Assembly (NCBI RefSeq): GCF_036365525.1 | Contig: NC_090380.1 | Location: 79,485,784 to 79,549,783 of the forward strand | DNA from: Heterodontus francisci | Taxonomy: Eukaryota | Length of the DNA stretch: 64,000 bases | Direction of reading: 5' to 3' | Part shown: piece by piece, positions 28,390-42,699 of the stretch | How the letters are laid out: each line of letters opens with the position of its first letter | How positions within the stretch are numbered: the stretch's first letter is position 1 | The notes under the pieces: model-generated | The model's database searches: none | The model's input: only the letters and a program-made list of their open reading frames with translations | What the model was told of the DNA's origin: nothing | Program-made: the position numbers and the translations under genes

Positions 28390-28912
28390 TTGTTGCAGTT
28401 CATCTGGTGCAGGTACACCCACAGTGCTGTTAGGAAGGGAGTTCCTGGATTTTGACCCAACAACAGTGAAGGAACAGTGATATATTTCCAAGTCAGGAAT
28501 AGTGTGTAACTTGGAGGGGAAGTTGCAGGTGGTCGTGTTCCCATGTGCCCGCTGCTCTTGTCCTTCTAGGTGGTAGATTTACGGGTTTGAAAGATGGAAG
28601 GAGCTTTGGAAACTTGATGCAGTGCATCTTATAGATGGTACATTCTGTGTGCTGGTGGTGCAGGGGGTGAATGTTTAAGGTGCTGGATGGGGTGCCAAGC
28701 AAGCTGGCTGCTTTGTCCTGGATGGCGTCAAGCTTCTTGAATGTTGTTGGAGCTGCACCCATCCAGGCAGGTGGAGAGTAATTCCATCATGCTCCTGAAT
28801 TGTGCCTTGTAGATGGTGGACAGGCTTTGGGGTATCAGGAGGTGACTTACTTGCTGCAGAATTCCCAGCCTCTGACTGGCTCTTGTAGCCACAGTATCTA
28901 TATGGCTGGTCC
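28390..28912 (-). mobile_element. LINE family B 3' fragment
   Basis: MGAAPTTFKKLDAIQDKAASLLG..TIYKMHC. Confidence 0.75.
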
Positions 28913-28914
28913 AA

Positions 28915-30727
28915 TGGCAGGACAGGTGTTATGTTTCAGCTGTGGTATGTTCCGGACGACGGTCACACCTCTTAGAACAGGGTCATCTGTTTTAGTCAGC
29001 AGTGAGGGATAGGAGGATGTGACCATGAGTGAGGCAAGTAATGGGACTGAGCAGACTGTAGTGGAGGAGCAATTGTCAAACAGGTTTGAGGTTCTCTCAA
29101 CCTTTCTGTCCGAAAGCGAGGTCTGCAAGGTGGATGAGCAGACTGGCCATGGCACTGTGGTACAGAAACCATTCAAGTGGGGGGAGCAAAAAGGAATGTA
29201 GTGGTATTAGGGGATAGTGTAGTGAGGGGGATTAACACTGTTCTGTGCAGCCGAGAGCATGTGTCCAGATGGCTGTGTTGCCTACCTGGTGCCAGGGTTC
29301 AGGACATCTGCTCAGGGCTGGACAGGAACTTGGAGTGGGAGGGAGAGGATCCAGTTGTCGTGGTCCATGTAGGTACCAATGACATAGGCAGGACAAGGAA
29401 AGGGGTTCTGCATAGACAGTATGAGGAACTAGGCACCAAATTAAAGAACACAATCTCAAGGGTAATAATCTCTGGATTATTATCTGAGCCATGTGCCAAT
29501 TGGCAGAGGGCACCTTAGATTAATAAAATTAATACGTGGCTCAAAGGCTGGTGTGGGAGAAGTGTGTTTCAGTTCATGGGGCACTGGCACCAGTACTGGG
29601 GAAAGTGGGGGCTGTACCGTTGGGACAGTCTGCACCTGAACCGTGCTGGGACCAGTGTTCTAGCAAACCACATGACTAGGGAAGTAGAGAGGGCTTTAAA
29701 CTAAATAAGGGGGGGGGGGGGGGGTGGTGAGGGATCAAGCCTGGGTAGAGTCAAGGCAGGAGAACAGAATAGTAACATGGGAAATGTAGATCAGAGAATG
29801 GCAGAAAGAGACAGAGAGAAAAAAACTTAAGAACACACCAACAGTCAAGACTAGATGCTACAAAGATAACAAAAAGACAAAACTAAAGGCTCTGTATCTG
29901 AATGCACGCAGCATTCATAACAAAGTAGACGAATTGATGGCGCACATTGAAGTAAATAAATATGATCTGATAGCCATTACGGAGACGTGGCTGCAGGATT
30001 ACCAGGATTGGGTCCTGAATATTGTGGGGTATATGACATTCAAGAAGAAAAGGAAACTAGGTAAAGGTGAAAGGGTAGCACTGTTAATTAAGAATGGCAT
30101 TGGTACATAAGTTAGAGATGCCTTGGTTCAGGAGATCAGGAATGTGATGCTGCAACTGTATAAAATGCTGGTTAGGCCACAGCTGGAGTATTGTGTACAG
30201 TTCTGGTCACCACAATACAGGAAGGACATAATTGTTCTGGAGAGTACAGAGGAGATTTACAAGAATGTTGCCAGGGCTTGAAAGCTGCAGCTATGAGGAA
30301 AGATTGGATTGGTTAGGGTTGTTTTCCTTAGAGCAGGCTGAGGGGTGACTTAATTGTGATGTACAAAATTATGAGGGGCCTAGATAGAGTAGACAGGAAG
30401 GACCTGTTTCCCCTAGCGGAGAGGTCAATTACTAGGGGGCACGGATTTAAGGTGATTGTTAGAAGGATTAGAGGGGACATGAGAAAAAACATTTTCACCC
30501 AGAGGGTGGTGGATGTCTGGAATTCACCGCCAGGAATGGTGGTGGAGGCAGAAACCCTCAACTCATTTAAAAGGTACCTGGACATGCACCTGAGGTGCTG
30601 TAACCTCCAAGGCTACGGACCAGGTGCTGCAAGGTGGCATAGGATTGGGTGGCTAGTTTTTTCGGCTGGCGCAGACATAATGGGCTGAATGGCCTCCTTC
30701 TGTGCCGTAATTTTTCTATGGTTCTAT
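28915..30727 (+). mobile_element. Internally deleted CR1: ORF1 (SGNH esterase), start of endonuclease, then 3' end
   Basis: LSNRFEVL; VVVLGDSVVRG, CLPGARV, VVHVGTNDIG and HLN (SGNH blocks); LYLNARSI..IAITETWL; jumps near 30140 to [13 protein letters not shown] and a tail like that of 9456-10420. Confidence 0.85.
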
Positions 30728-30729
30728 AG

Positions 30730-33000
30730 CTTGGCACTTAGATAAACTCGGGAATAGTCAGCATGATTTTGTGAAAGGGAAATCATGTTTTTTGAAGGAG
30801 TAACATGTGCTATGGATAAAAGGGAGCCCATTGACGTAATGTACTTGGATTTCCAGAAGGCATTTGACAAGTTGCCACATAAAAGGTTATTGTGCAAAGT
30901 AGGAGCTCATGCTGTAGGGGGTAACATATTAGCATGATAGAAGATTGGCTGGTTGGCAGAAAACAGAGTATGCATAAATGGGTCCGTTTCTGATGGGCAG
31001 AATGTGATGAGTGGATTCCTGCAGGGGTCTGTGCTAGGGCCTCAACTTTTTACAATTTATATCAATGACTTAGATGAGGGGAGCGATGGCATGGTAACTT
31101 TGCAGATGCCACAAAGATAGTTAGGGCAGTACATTGGGAAGAGGACATAAGGAGGTTGCAGACCGATACAGATAGGTTGAGTGAGTGGGCAAAAATCTGG
31201 CAGATGGAGCATAATGTGGGAAAATGTGAAGTTGTTCACTTTGGCAGGAAGAATAAAAAAGCAGAGTATTACTTAAATGGAGAACGACTGCAGAATTCCA
31301 AGATGCAGAGAGATCTAGGTGTTCTAAGTGCACGAGTCACAAAAAGTTGGTATTTAGGTACAGCAAGTAATAAAGGAGGCTAATGGAATGCTATCCTTTA
31401 TTACGAGAAGAATAGAAAATAAAAGTAAGGATGTTATGCTTCAGTTATACAGGTCATTGGTGAGACCACATGTCGAATACTGTGTGCAGTTTTGGTCTCC
31501 TTATTTAAGGAAGGATGTAAATGCATTGGAGGCGGTTCAGAGGAGGTTAATCGATTGATACCTGGAATGAGTGGGTTGTCTTATGAGGAAAGGTTGGAGA
31601 GACTGAGCTTGTTTTCACTGGAGTTTAGAAGAGTGACGGAAGACTTGATTGAAGTTTATAAGATCCTCAACAGTCTTGACAAGGTGAATGTGGAAAGGAT
31701 GTTTCCTCTTGTGGGTGAATCCAGAACTAGGGAGCACTGTTTTAAAATTAGGGGTCGCCCTTTTAGGACAGAGGGGAGGAAAAATGTTTTCTGTCAGAGG
31801 GTTGTGCGACTTTGGACCTCTCTGACTCAGAAGGTGGTGGAGGCAGGGTCATTTAATATTTTTAAGGCGGAGGTAGATAGATTCTTGTTAGGCAAGGGAA
31901 TCAAAGGGAAACAATCGGGGGTGACAAAAACCACACCTGCCAAAATGAAATATATTAATTTTGTCATATGGAACATTATTTTTGAACTGTTGCTGGACAT
32001 TGAACAAACTTGTTTAAAAAGACCACAGAAGAGTGGCTGAAAACATGGCTGGACATTTGCATTCTGAAAGACAGTTGCATGGAGAGACAATGGGAGTACT
32101 CCCGAATTCAATTAGCCAGATTGGTTTTGTCAATAGTGATGATCAAGAGACAATGAGAGTCATTGAATGTGTAAGAGCCAGCATTCCACCCTACCCTGCA
32201 CCGCTCCCCCACCCCCGCACCCACCCAGAGTGTCTGGTAAGCTGTGATGAATCCACAAACCTCACAGGCGAGGCTGTCTCAAACAAATAGCTGTCAAATG
32301 ACTAACCTGCTGGCCAACCTGGAGTTAATTGAATTGTGCTCACAGAACAGTTTTGGAAGAGACTGCAATTGAACTTCAAGAAGAGAGCACTCCCTCTCTC
32401 TCTCTCTCTCACACACAAAGTTCCAGGGACCCACCGAAGTAACTTAAGCCTCAAGACAGAAGACCAGAAAAACAAGTTTGAAAGTGTGCACTGGGCCCCA
32501 ATGAGAACTGCAAGACTTAACTTCAATGAAAGACTTTACATCCAACCCAAAACCAGTAACGGAACTCCATCTATTACTTCAAACCTTTCCCCTTTAATTC
32601 CTTCTCCTCCTGTGTACCTATTTGCGTGTGTGTTTATCACACATACTTGCTAGTGTGGTCGCGTCGCATACTTTTAGTAGTTTTAACTGAGTTAGAGTTT
32701 AACTGAGTTAGTGTAAGTTAATAAATTTACACCCTTGTTTAAATCTGAGAAAACCTGAGTGATTGATTTCTTTGCAATTACAATTAGAGAGCAGTGAGCA
32801 AGGTCTCACTGAAGGGAAGCTAAAAACACAGTTTTAAAAGTTAAACCCTGTTATGGCCAAACCAGGAAAAGGCTGAGAGGGGACAGGGGTAGATGGGAGT
32901 GTGGAATTCGAGACACAAACAAATCAGCCATGATCTTATTGAATGGCTGAGCAGGCTAGAGGGGCCAAATGGCCTACTTCTGCTCTTAATTTGTATGTTT
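30730..33000 (+). mobile_element. CR1 LINE RT and 3' end, interrupted by a solo LTR
   Basis: [37 protein letters not shown] motifs. The 3'UTR resumes at 32886. Confidence 0.85.
31922..32885 (+). mobile_element. Solo LTR-like insertion (~0.96 kb)
   Basis: TG...CA ends flanked by GGGG on both sides, interrupting the CR1 3'UTR. AATAAA near 32720. U5-like segment resembles that of 55152-56184. Confidence 0.65.
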
Positions 33001-33129
33001 CTGGTCAATGGTAAGCACCAGGATGTTAATGGTGGGGGATTCAGCGATGGTAACCCCATTGAATATAAAGAGGAGATGGTTCGACTCTTTCTTGATGGAG
33101 ATGGTCATTGTTACTATCGAATATGCTTC

Positions 33130-35160
33130 TATCAGCCTTTTGGGCAGTGCAGAACCGATCATAACAACTCACTATGTAATTTTTATTTTCCCCGTGCCAC
33201 CTCTGGTTCTTTTGGCAATTACCTTAAATTTGTGTCCTCTCGTTGTCAAACATTAGTCACTGGAAACAGTTTCTCCTTATTTACTCTATCAAAATCCTTA
33301 ATAATTTTGAACACCTTTATCAAATCTCCCCTCAACCCTACATAGAACTATAAATACGGAAATAGGCTATTCAGTCCAACTGGTATATGCAAGTGGTAAT
33401 GCTCCATACGAGCCTCGTCACACCCTATTTCATTAAGTTCTAAATGCATATCCTTCTGTTCCTTTCTCTTACATGTACGTATTTAGATTCACCTTAAATG
33501 TATCTATGCTATTTGCCTCAATTACTCCATGTGGTAATGTGTACCACATTCTCACCACTCTGAGAAATTATGTTTCTCCTGAATTCCTTAGTGGATTTAC
33601 GAGTGACTATCTTAAATTTATTGCCCCTAATTCTGGTCCTCCACAAGTGGAAACATCTTCTCTACATCCACCTTATCAAATCCCATCACAATTCCAAAGA
33701 CCAGTACCATGTCACTCCTCAGCCCCCTGCCTTCTAGAGAAAAGAGTTCCAGCCTGTTCAATCTTTCCTGCTATTTAATAAGCTGTATTTCCATTGGGCT
33801 AATAAGAATCGTATCTGCTCAAAGGAGAAAAATCCAAGCTTCTCTAGTCTCTCCACATAGCTGAAGTCCCACATTCCTGGTACCATTTTAGTAAATCTCC
33901 TCTGCACCCTGTCCAAGACCTTGACATCCTTCCTAAAGTGTGATGCCAAGATTTGGACATAATACTTCTGCTAGGGCCTAGCCAGTGTTTACTAAAGGTG
34001 TAGTACAACTTCCTTGCTTTTGTACTCTATGCCTGTTTATAAAACAGATCGCGTGTGCTTTTTTAACAGCCTTCTCAACTTGTCCTCCCACCTTCAATGA
34101 TTTGTCTATACATCCCCAGCTCTCTGCGTTCTTGCACTCCCCACCCATTCAAATTGTACCATTTAGTTATATTGCCTCCCCTCAATCTTTCTACCAAAAT
34201 GAATTGCTTCAAACATCTCTGTGCTAAATTTCATCTGCCATGTGGCTGCTCATTTCACCAGTCTATGTCCTCCTAAAGTCTGTTAATATCCTTCTCGCTA
34301 CATTTCCGAGTTTCATGTCATCTGCAAACTTTTAAATTATGCCATGCATACCCAGGTCATTAGTATATCTGAGAAACAGTACTGCTCCTAATACCGACCC
34401 TGGGCAACACCACTGTATATTTTATTCCAGTCTGATAAGCAACCATTCACCACTACCATCTGCTTTCCGTCCCTTAGCCAATTTTGTATCCACACATCCA
34501 TTGCCTCTATAATTTCTTCAGCTGCAGAAGTTCCGAAGAAGGGTCACTGACCCGAAACGTTAACTCTGCTTCTCTTTTCACAGATGCTGTCAGACCTGCT
34601 GAGTGGTTCCAGCATTTCTTGGTTTTATCTTAGCCTTTAACAACTGTATCCTGGCTTTCGTTTATTAACCCATATTTTTCCAAGTGCCAATTAATTTTTT
34701 TCCTGGGTCATTGTCTCTAAAAGTTTCCCAACCTCCGCCATCAGGCTGACTGGCCTGTAGCTACCGGGTTTATTCCAAGTGTAATTTTTGTCTTTAATTA
34801 GTGTGTACTAGGCAATTGTTTTGTTTTTATTGAATCAAGAGCCTCTTTAAATACTATTATTTAACTATTAACAGCTACGCCCAGTTTACTGTGGTCAATT
34901 CATTTTTCACCTTCTGCAGTTACCTTACTTAAATTTAAAACCCTAGTCTGTGACTCTTGTTTCTCCCTTTCAAACATAATATAAAATTCACTCCTATTAT
35001 GTCACTATTCACAAGATATTCTCTTACAGCCAGATTGTTAGCCAATTCTGGTTTGTTACTCATTACTAAATCTATTATAGCATTCTTCCTTGATAGTTCT
35101 AAAATATATTGGTCCAGAAAATTGTCCTGAATAAATACTAGAAATTCATTGCACGTAATT
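33130..35160 (-). mobile_element. Patchwork of decayed CR1 fragments
   Basis: SHFRKDVKVLDRVQRRFTKMVPG, FADD-region sequence, NEFL..QDNFLDQY..IDLV endonuclease C-terminus. Confidence 0.7.
34530..34628 (+). mobile_element. Penelope-type mini-element
   Basis: Near-identical to 16175-16272, including CCGAAGAAGGGTCACTGACCCGAAACGTTAACTC. Confidence 0.8.
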
Positions 35161-35979
35161 GAGGCTAACATTTCAGTGCAATACTAAGGAAGAGCTGCAC
35201 TATTGGAGGTGTGCCTTTCAGATGAGACATTAAACTGAGGCCATGCCTTTCCTCCCAGGTGATTGTAAAAGATCTCATAATACTAATTGAAGGGGAGTTC
35301 TCTTGGTGTCTTAGTTAACATATACCTCAACCAACATTTAAAAGACAGATTATCTGGTTGTTTTTTGTAATGCTGTTTGTGTGACCATGTTATGCATAAA
35401 TAGATTGCAGCATTTTCTATATTTTAATAGTAATTACATATCAAAAGTTCATTGGTTGCAAAAGTATGAAGTATTAGGAGGAAAGTGGGCTGAGGAAGGT
35501 ATGAAGTTCCATAGTTTTGAGGTGCTACTAAAGGTTGAGCCACAGCAAGAGAATGTATGAAGAGCCTTGATTCCAATACAGTGAGGCTGCAGAGAAGAGG
35601 AAGAATGTGTAAGATAGGGGATAGGGTATTTACATGTCAGGAGGAACAAGACATTTGTACAGGTCAAAGAACAATATGGTGCCTGATAGGGAAATAGGTC
35701 TCTGATGAGAAACAGTGCCAGCATTCCACTTCACAGTTCTGTGCATTATTTTACATGGATCCACCCATTAAAGCATTGTATATGTTTGCGCTGCATTTAG
35801 TTCACTGTGTGTGAAGGGTGAAGAGTACTGAGGTGGATCACCCCTCGCTTGTGAGCAACAGACTCCACTGGTACAAAGCAGCACTTTGCAGCTGCCTGGC
35901 ATTTTGCTATTGGAGCAGAACCCAGTACTTGGGGATTCACATTTCATTAGGGTTTTTTCCCTTGGATTTCCCTTGGTTT

Positions 35980-36680
35980 TCAAAAGCAAACAGAACATTT
36001 GGTAGACTGTACAAACGTGTGTGGAGCAATCACAGTCTCAGTGCACAGACCAAACTCAAAATGTCCAAAGCCATAGTCCTCACCACCCTTCTGTATGGCG
36101 CTGAGTCATGGGTCCTATACCGCCATCATGTATGCCTTCTAGAGTGTTGCCTCCACAGCATCCTCAAGATCCGCTGGCAGCACCGCATAACAAACACTGA
36201 AGTCCTGGAAACAGCCAACATCACCAGCACAGAGGCCATCTTCCTGCAAAGCCAACTGCATTGGGTGAGTCATGTTGCTCAGATGGATGAAAGTCGCCTG
36301 CCCAAGATCGTGTTGTATGGAGATCTGACCACGGGTAACAGGAACAAAGGGGCCCCATGCAAACGTTTCAAGGACTCCCTGAAGAAGTCCCTCTCTGTGT
36401 GCCACATCGACCACTGCCAGTGGGAAGCGCAGGACATAGATCGTGATGCCTGGAGATGCTGCATCAGGAGGGCTACAGACACCTTTGAGACTGAGCGAAG
36501 AACCTGCATGAAAGAAAAAAGGAGAAGGATAGATCCATTTGCTCCCAGCAGCGACTACACCTTCACTTGTACCCGCTGTGGGAGAATCACGGATGGGCCT
36601 GACTCGCCACCAGCAGGCCTGCATCTAATGACTATACCTTCCCAAAATCTTCGTCCGCGAAGAAATGCCAAGAGATTCCT
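35980..36680 (+). mobile_element. RTE-clade LINE 3' fragment (second RTE family)
   Basis: SKANRTFGRLYKRVW..LTTLLYGAESW..ILKIRWQHRITNTEVL..RLPKIVLYG..FKDSLK, with C-terminal CTRCGR. Confidence 0.85.
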
Positions 36681-38479
36681 CGGATAAGATTTTGGGAAAC
36701 TGTTCACACATTTTCCTTAACTCTCTTGGAGTTAGTGGATATACCTATGCCCACGTTGACTACTTGAATTGTAACCAGGCACCACTGTTAACTCCTGGGT
36801 GGTAGGATCCTAGACTTGAGTCTTTTATTCTGTAAATGCATCCACCTGGATGATAACCGGCAATGTTGATCTGATCCCTGAAGTATCAAAGATAAATCCT
36901 ACTTTATTGTAGCAAACGAGAATTGGGACACTGTGATCCAATTCAAGTTCATAGGATTTGAATGATCTAATTTAAAACAGAGAGGGAGAAGAGACATTGC
37001 TGACATAAATGAATCTTCCCATAAGATATTTTCATGCATTGAATGCAAAAGAGGGCCACAGAATTTATCTTTGGAGGGTCACCTCTTATGTTGAGCCCAT
37101 CTTGAGAATTTCTTTTTTAAAAAAATGATTGCTTCATCTTTTGAATAATTGATGCTGCTAATTTAGCTCCTTTTGAAATAGGAAGACAAGGAAAATAACA
37201 TTTGAGTTCCAATTTACAGGACCCTAAATAATTGAATACCAAAATATATGACGAACAAATTATGAGGAAAAATCCCTTTCGCATATTACATTTCTTGAAG
37301 TCGGTAACATTTTGATATTTTGCAAAATAACGAGTGAGTGTATTCTTTTCAATCTTTCTTTTTACAGAATATAAGAATACATTCAATGAGCCTATGACCT
37401 CAGTGTTGAGCTATGCATGAAGGGGACATGGTTCAGGATTTAGGGCTTTGCTGTTATAGTTCCATCACACTCCCTTTGAATGTGTTGTTCAATGCTAGGA
37501 ATGAGAAATTGCTGAATTTACCTGACCGTTTCCATGAAACTTAAATCTACTGGGACCTTCAAGTATGGGACATATATATAATTATTGGGAAAATTCATCT
37601 CCATTTAAATAAATCAAAGCAGCTTGTTTTTCACACATTTTTCTATTATACTAAATCTGAACAGCCAAGCATCTTAGGTGTTATATAATTGGACATGTAG
37701 ACAGGGTAAGACACATCATATGAAATACCCAGCATATTAAGCACCAGTTTTGGAGAAATCTCCTTTCCCAATATAATTTCAAGTTCAAAGTTAGAATGTT
37801 TGCTAGAATTATTCCATAACCTATTATTTGTTCTAATGTGATAAATGGCACACTTCATCATTTAGAGTTGTAAACTTAGGGAACAAAATAAACATTTTTG
37901 AATAGAGAATTTGTGACATTATTTTGGGAAATGGACAACTACCGCAGCGATGATGGTAAAATCATGAGTGGGTACATAGAGAATGGGATGTCAAGATCAG
38001 TATTTCAAAAGGATGTACTGAACTGCTAGCTGTTGTACAAGTGGACAAGGGTAAACACAAATTTGGTACAAATATATGAAAATTAAGTGATAGAATAAAT
38101 CTTTTCTCACCATTACTGCTGCTACCCAGGCCTACCATCACCTTCCACCGGGCAGTTTCCAAAAGTGGGAGCAACAGAAGGGGAATAGGTTAGGCTAGGT
38201 TTTGTACCCCTGTCAGTCCTGGTGGGGGTGAAGGTAGAGAAATCAAGAGAGGGGCAGAAAAGTAGCAGAAGGGCCCAAGGCCTCATTTTCCCACCATTTC
38301 CAATGCCACCTTGCCAGCAAGTGCAGTAGAATTCAATCCATAAAAGTTTGAACACTTTGCTATAGCTTTTCACATTTCAGACCTGACCAGGAAACTAAAA
38401 GTAAAACAACATTTTTATGTTCAGCAGTGTGTTCAAGTGTGACTAAGAAACAACTGTCGAAAATATCAGAATTATTATT

Positions 38480-40270
38480 AGCAAAAACAGTAGCCAGTGA
38501 GAATTATATGGGGCAGAACAGCAAAAAGTATCCACTATTTGGAGGAGATACTCAACTGGAGGAGGCATAATTTCAATGAGCTGAAAAGGGATCTGGCCTA
38601 AGTAGATTGGAAACAAAGATTTACAGGTAAAATAGTACATGAGCATTGGGAGACCTTCAAAGGGGCGACTGTTTGTGTAGAGACGAGACACATTCCTATA
38701 AGGGGGAAAGGGCATCCAAAGCTAGAACTCCCTGGATGGCTAAAGATATGGGCATTACATTATGTTAAATGTCAGATGCATAATAAAATAGAGAAACAAG
38801 AAGAATACAAAAAGTGCTGATTACTGGGTAGCTTAAAAAGGAAAAAAAGGAAACTTGAATTTACATAACACCTTTCATGACTCCAGGATGTCTTAAAATG
38901 TTTTACAGCCAATGAAGTACTTTTGAAGTGTAGTCACTGTCGTAATGTAGGAAATGCAGCAGCCAATTTGCACACAGCAAGCTCCCACAAACAGCAGTGT
39001 GATAATGACCACGTATTCTGTTTTTCTGATGTTGATTGAGGGATAAATATTGATCGTGCCTTCAATGTCTACCTGAGAGGGCAGATGGGACCTTAGATTA
39101 ACATCTCATCTGAAAGATAGCACCTCTGACAGTACATCACTCCCTCAGTGCTGCATTGGAGTGTCAGCCTAGATTTCTGTACTCAAGTTCATATGGGACC
39201 TGTACCAACAATCTTCTGACTCGGGCAAGGGTGCAACCAACTGAGCCACAGCTAACACTGCAACAGTAAAGTCTTTTTTAAACAGTAAAAGGGTAGTCCA
39301 GAAAAGGATGAGGTCAATTAGGAACCAAAAAGATCATCTTGTAGAGCCAGAAGACATGGTTGAAGTACTAAATCAATACTATGCATCTGTATTCACAAAA
39401 TAGGAGGATGCTGCCAAAGTCATCATAAAAGAGGGGGTAATACAGAAATAGATAAAGACGATGTGCTTAAAAAGTTGGCAGCGCTCAAAGTAGAAAAGTC
39501 ACCAGCCCAGATGGGATGCATCTTAGGTTGCTGAGAGAAGTAAGGATTAAAATAGCATAGGCTGTAGCCACAATCTCCCATTCTCCTTGAATATGGGAAT
39601 GGTGCTAGAGGACTAAAGGGTTGTAAATGTTACACCCTGTACAAAAAGGGGAAGATGGATAAACTCGGTGACTATAGACCAGTCAGCCTAACATCAGTGA
39701 TGGGAAACTTTCAGAGAATGTAGTCTGGGACAAAATTAATTGCTACTGGTTAGGCCTAAACTGGACAATTCTGGGCACCATACTCTAGGAAGGATGTCAA
39801 GGCCTTGGAGAAGCTGCAGAGATTTACTAGAATTATCCCAGGGATGAGGAACTTCAGTTATGTGGAGAAATTAGAGAAGCTGGGATTGTTCTCTATAGAG
39901 CAGAGAAGGCTAAGAGGAGATATAATTGGGGTGTTCAAAATTTTGAGGGGTTTTAAGAGTACATTGGGAGGAATTGTTTGCACTGACAGGTGGGTTGGTA
40001 ACCAAAGGACATGGATTATCATAAAGAACCAGATGGGAGATGTGGAGAATTTCTTTTACAGTTGTTGTGATCTGGAATGTATTGCTTGAAAGGGCGGTGG
40101 AAGCAGATTCAACAGTATTTTCAAAAAGAAATTGGATAAATACTTGAAGGGGAAAATTTGCAGGGCTATGGGGTAAGAACAGGTGAGTGGGTCTAATTGG
40201 CTAGCTCTTTCAAAGAGCCAGCACTCATACGATGGACCAAATGGCTGCCTTCTAGGCTGTATGATTGTAC
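38480..40270 (+). mobile_element. Decayed, internally deleted CR1 with nested SINE
   Basis: KSPAPDGMH.RLLRE, YRPVSLTSVMGK, LEKLQRFTRIIPG..RLRGDII, and CR1 tail. Confidence 0.7.
38850..39255 (-). mobile_element. SacSINE1-like SINE
   Basis: Reverse-complement homology to 11000-11426. Confidence 0.75.
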
Positions 40271-42699
40271 GTGTGAACATGATAGATGTAAGCTATATAT
40301 CCAGACCTGTCTCTATCATGGTCTATCCGTTGAAGAAAGCAAAAGTCAGTTAAACATACTGACTCTGTATTTACGGCCACTTTGATGGACAGGTTCACAG
40401 AAAGGACCACAAATTAAAAACAGTAGCAGTCAGGAGCCAGAGACATAACACTATTATTTTGTAAAAGGATGTGGTTGGTTGAGTCTGAAAAACCTATTAT
40501 TCAGGCTTCCTGAACAGCTTTGAAAGTATATGTTCCCCAATCATATAACCACTAAATTTGTGTCACATTTATGCAATGTCAGTTACCTTATATATGTATT
40601 GTATTTATTCAAAATAAATATTTGCTAAGGTTTTATATACAATAATGAATAGCTGATAGTGATTCAGTGCATATTTAATTGAGGGATTTTAGTGGTATAA
40701 ACTGTAGGACAGCAGCTTAATTAAATTCCAATGATAACTAGATTACAGTTTTGGAGCTTTACTCTTTGCTTTAGTAAGGCTGTTGTATAGAGGGTGAACT
40801 CATCACAAGTGCACAGACACCCACTTTGAAGCTGGCTGAAGGGCAGATTGGCTCTATTGAAACATAACAAAGCTCTGACAGACACAGAGCCAGAACGAGT
40901 AGCTAGCAGTACAGTGATATCCTGCCGTATTACATAAACAGCAATCAGCAAATTCAGATAAAGCTATATATATTTCAAGTAACATAATCCTGTTTTTTTT
41001 AAAGCAAAAACATAAACAGGAAACAGTCCAATGGAAAACAATAAAAATCCATCAATGCATACGACATTCTCAAATATGATTCATATAGAAAGTAATAAAG
41101 TCAGAATCTCTCTGGGCAACAGCTTCCCTTCTTAAAATATGTCCCAAAGAATCAAAGTTTCCAATTTAGTCTCTGATTCATAAACTCTTATGAAAATCTT
41201 TTAGATTGCAATCAATGTGGCACTTTCCTATTGATTGACCAAAATGATCATCTGTGATTTCTGAGCCCTAAGCCTTTCATGCTTGGAATTTCTGCAGGAA
41301 TTCTCTTATAGGAGATCAGTGGATCTCCTCTCGCAGAGAAATCGTAGATGATTAAAATGGGCTGTTAACGTGGTTTTTCTTGGGTTTCCGCCGAAGTTAA
41401 AGTGGGAGATCCGTGTGAAAATTCAGCACCATAGCTCTTGTAGTTTTTGTTATTGTGGTTCAATAAGCTCAGAGGCTGTATGAAATAAACAACTGTTCCA
41501 AATGTTTAGAGTATCCACTGCTATCTCTTAATGTGTTCCTTGAGGACAATGCACTATTGATTCTGATAATAGAAATATATTTCTGGTGTAATGTGCTTAT
41601 TTAGCTAGTTGCTGAGGGAAACTTTTCTAAGTTAACTTATCTCAGCTGTGGTAAAGCTAAGGGCACTACAATTAGCCTGAGCACTCCTGGCTTAGGGAAG
41701 TGAAATTTGGGCAATGTTCTTGCTCTGTAGCAATATCCAGTAATTCCTGCAGGAATTCATATACGTGGGAAGTCTTGGTTTTGGCTGTGATGATTCTGCA
41801 GCTGAATAGCCTGATGGCGCTCACCACCAAAGTTTACATTACAATAATGATCATTTAGTGAGATGCAAGAGGATAACTTCTAAGAGCTGCCTTCAGTTAG
41901 AGGAGGAAAAGAAAGATAAATTTCAAGTGAGTAACTATGTTCACAATGCTTGTAGAGCACTGGTTCTCAAACTGGTGGGTCATAAAGCACATAGACAGAG
42001 CATGGCAACAGGCTGGAAGAACCAGAATCAGAGGTCTAAAAATAAATTTAATTTGAATAATGGTGATACTGCAGTGGTTCTTCTCATTTGGCTATAGTTC
42101 ACACCAAGCCTCACCCCTCAGCAGAGACCCACGCGCATTTAGTTATCATTTTAATTTAGACTCCACCACAGATTTCCTCCCCTTCTGAAGTTCAGATGAC
42201 GCACTCTCTCTGCTTCAGTGGTTCAAACCCATTCATTCCCATTCGCTGGGATTTCCTTTGATGACTCAAACCTCCTCTTCCAGTTCCTTGTGCTTCTTCA
42301 GGGGTTCCCATTTACTTCCTCCCCATTCCTGGAGTCTCCAGGCAGAAGAAAAGAGAATGGAAAGAAGAGAGAGTGAGAGATGGTTAACACTGCATTTGAA
42401 TTTCTGAATAAAAAACAGAGTTGGAGATGATGGCCTTGATCTTAACTCTGGTCACATTTAGGGCTTTCCCATGGACTCCTTGGCATGAGACCATGGCCAT
42501 TTAACTCCTAGGACTCCTTTGAATTGTTCAGGTATTGCTCCTGCCTGAAACAGGTGGGAGTGATATTATGGCCGGCGGGCAGGAGCAGGAGTTATGCCAG
42601 GAGCCGCGTACCACTGGGGATCCAAGAGAACAGTGTCCAGCACAAGGTCTGGCTCAGTGTCTGCCCTCTCTGGGCATAAAATATCCCAAAGAGGAACAG

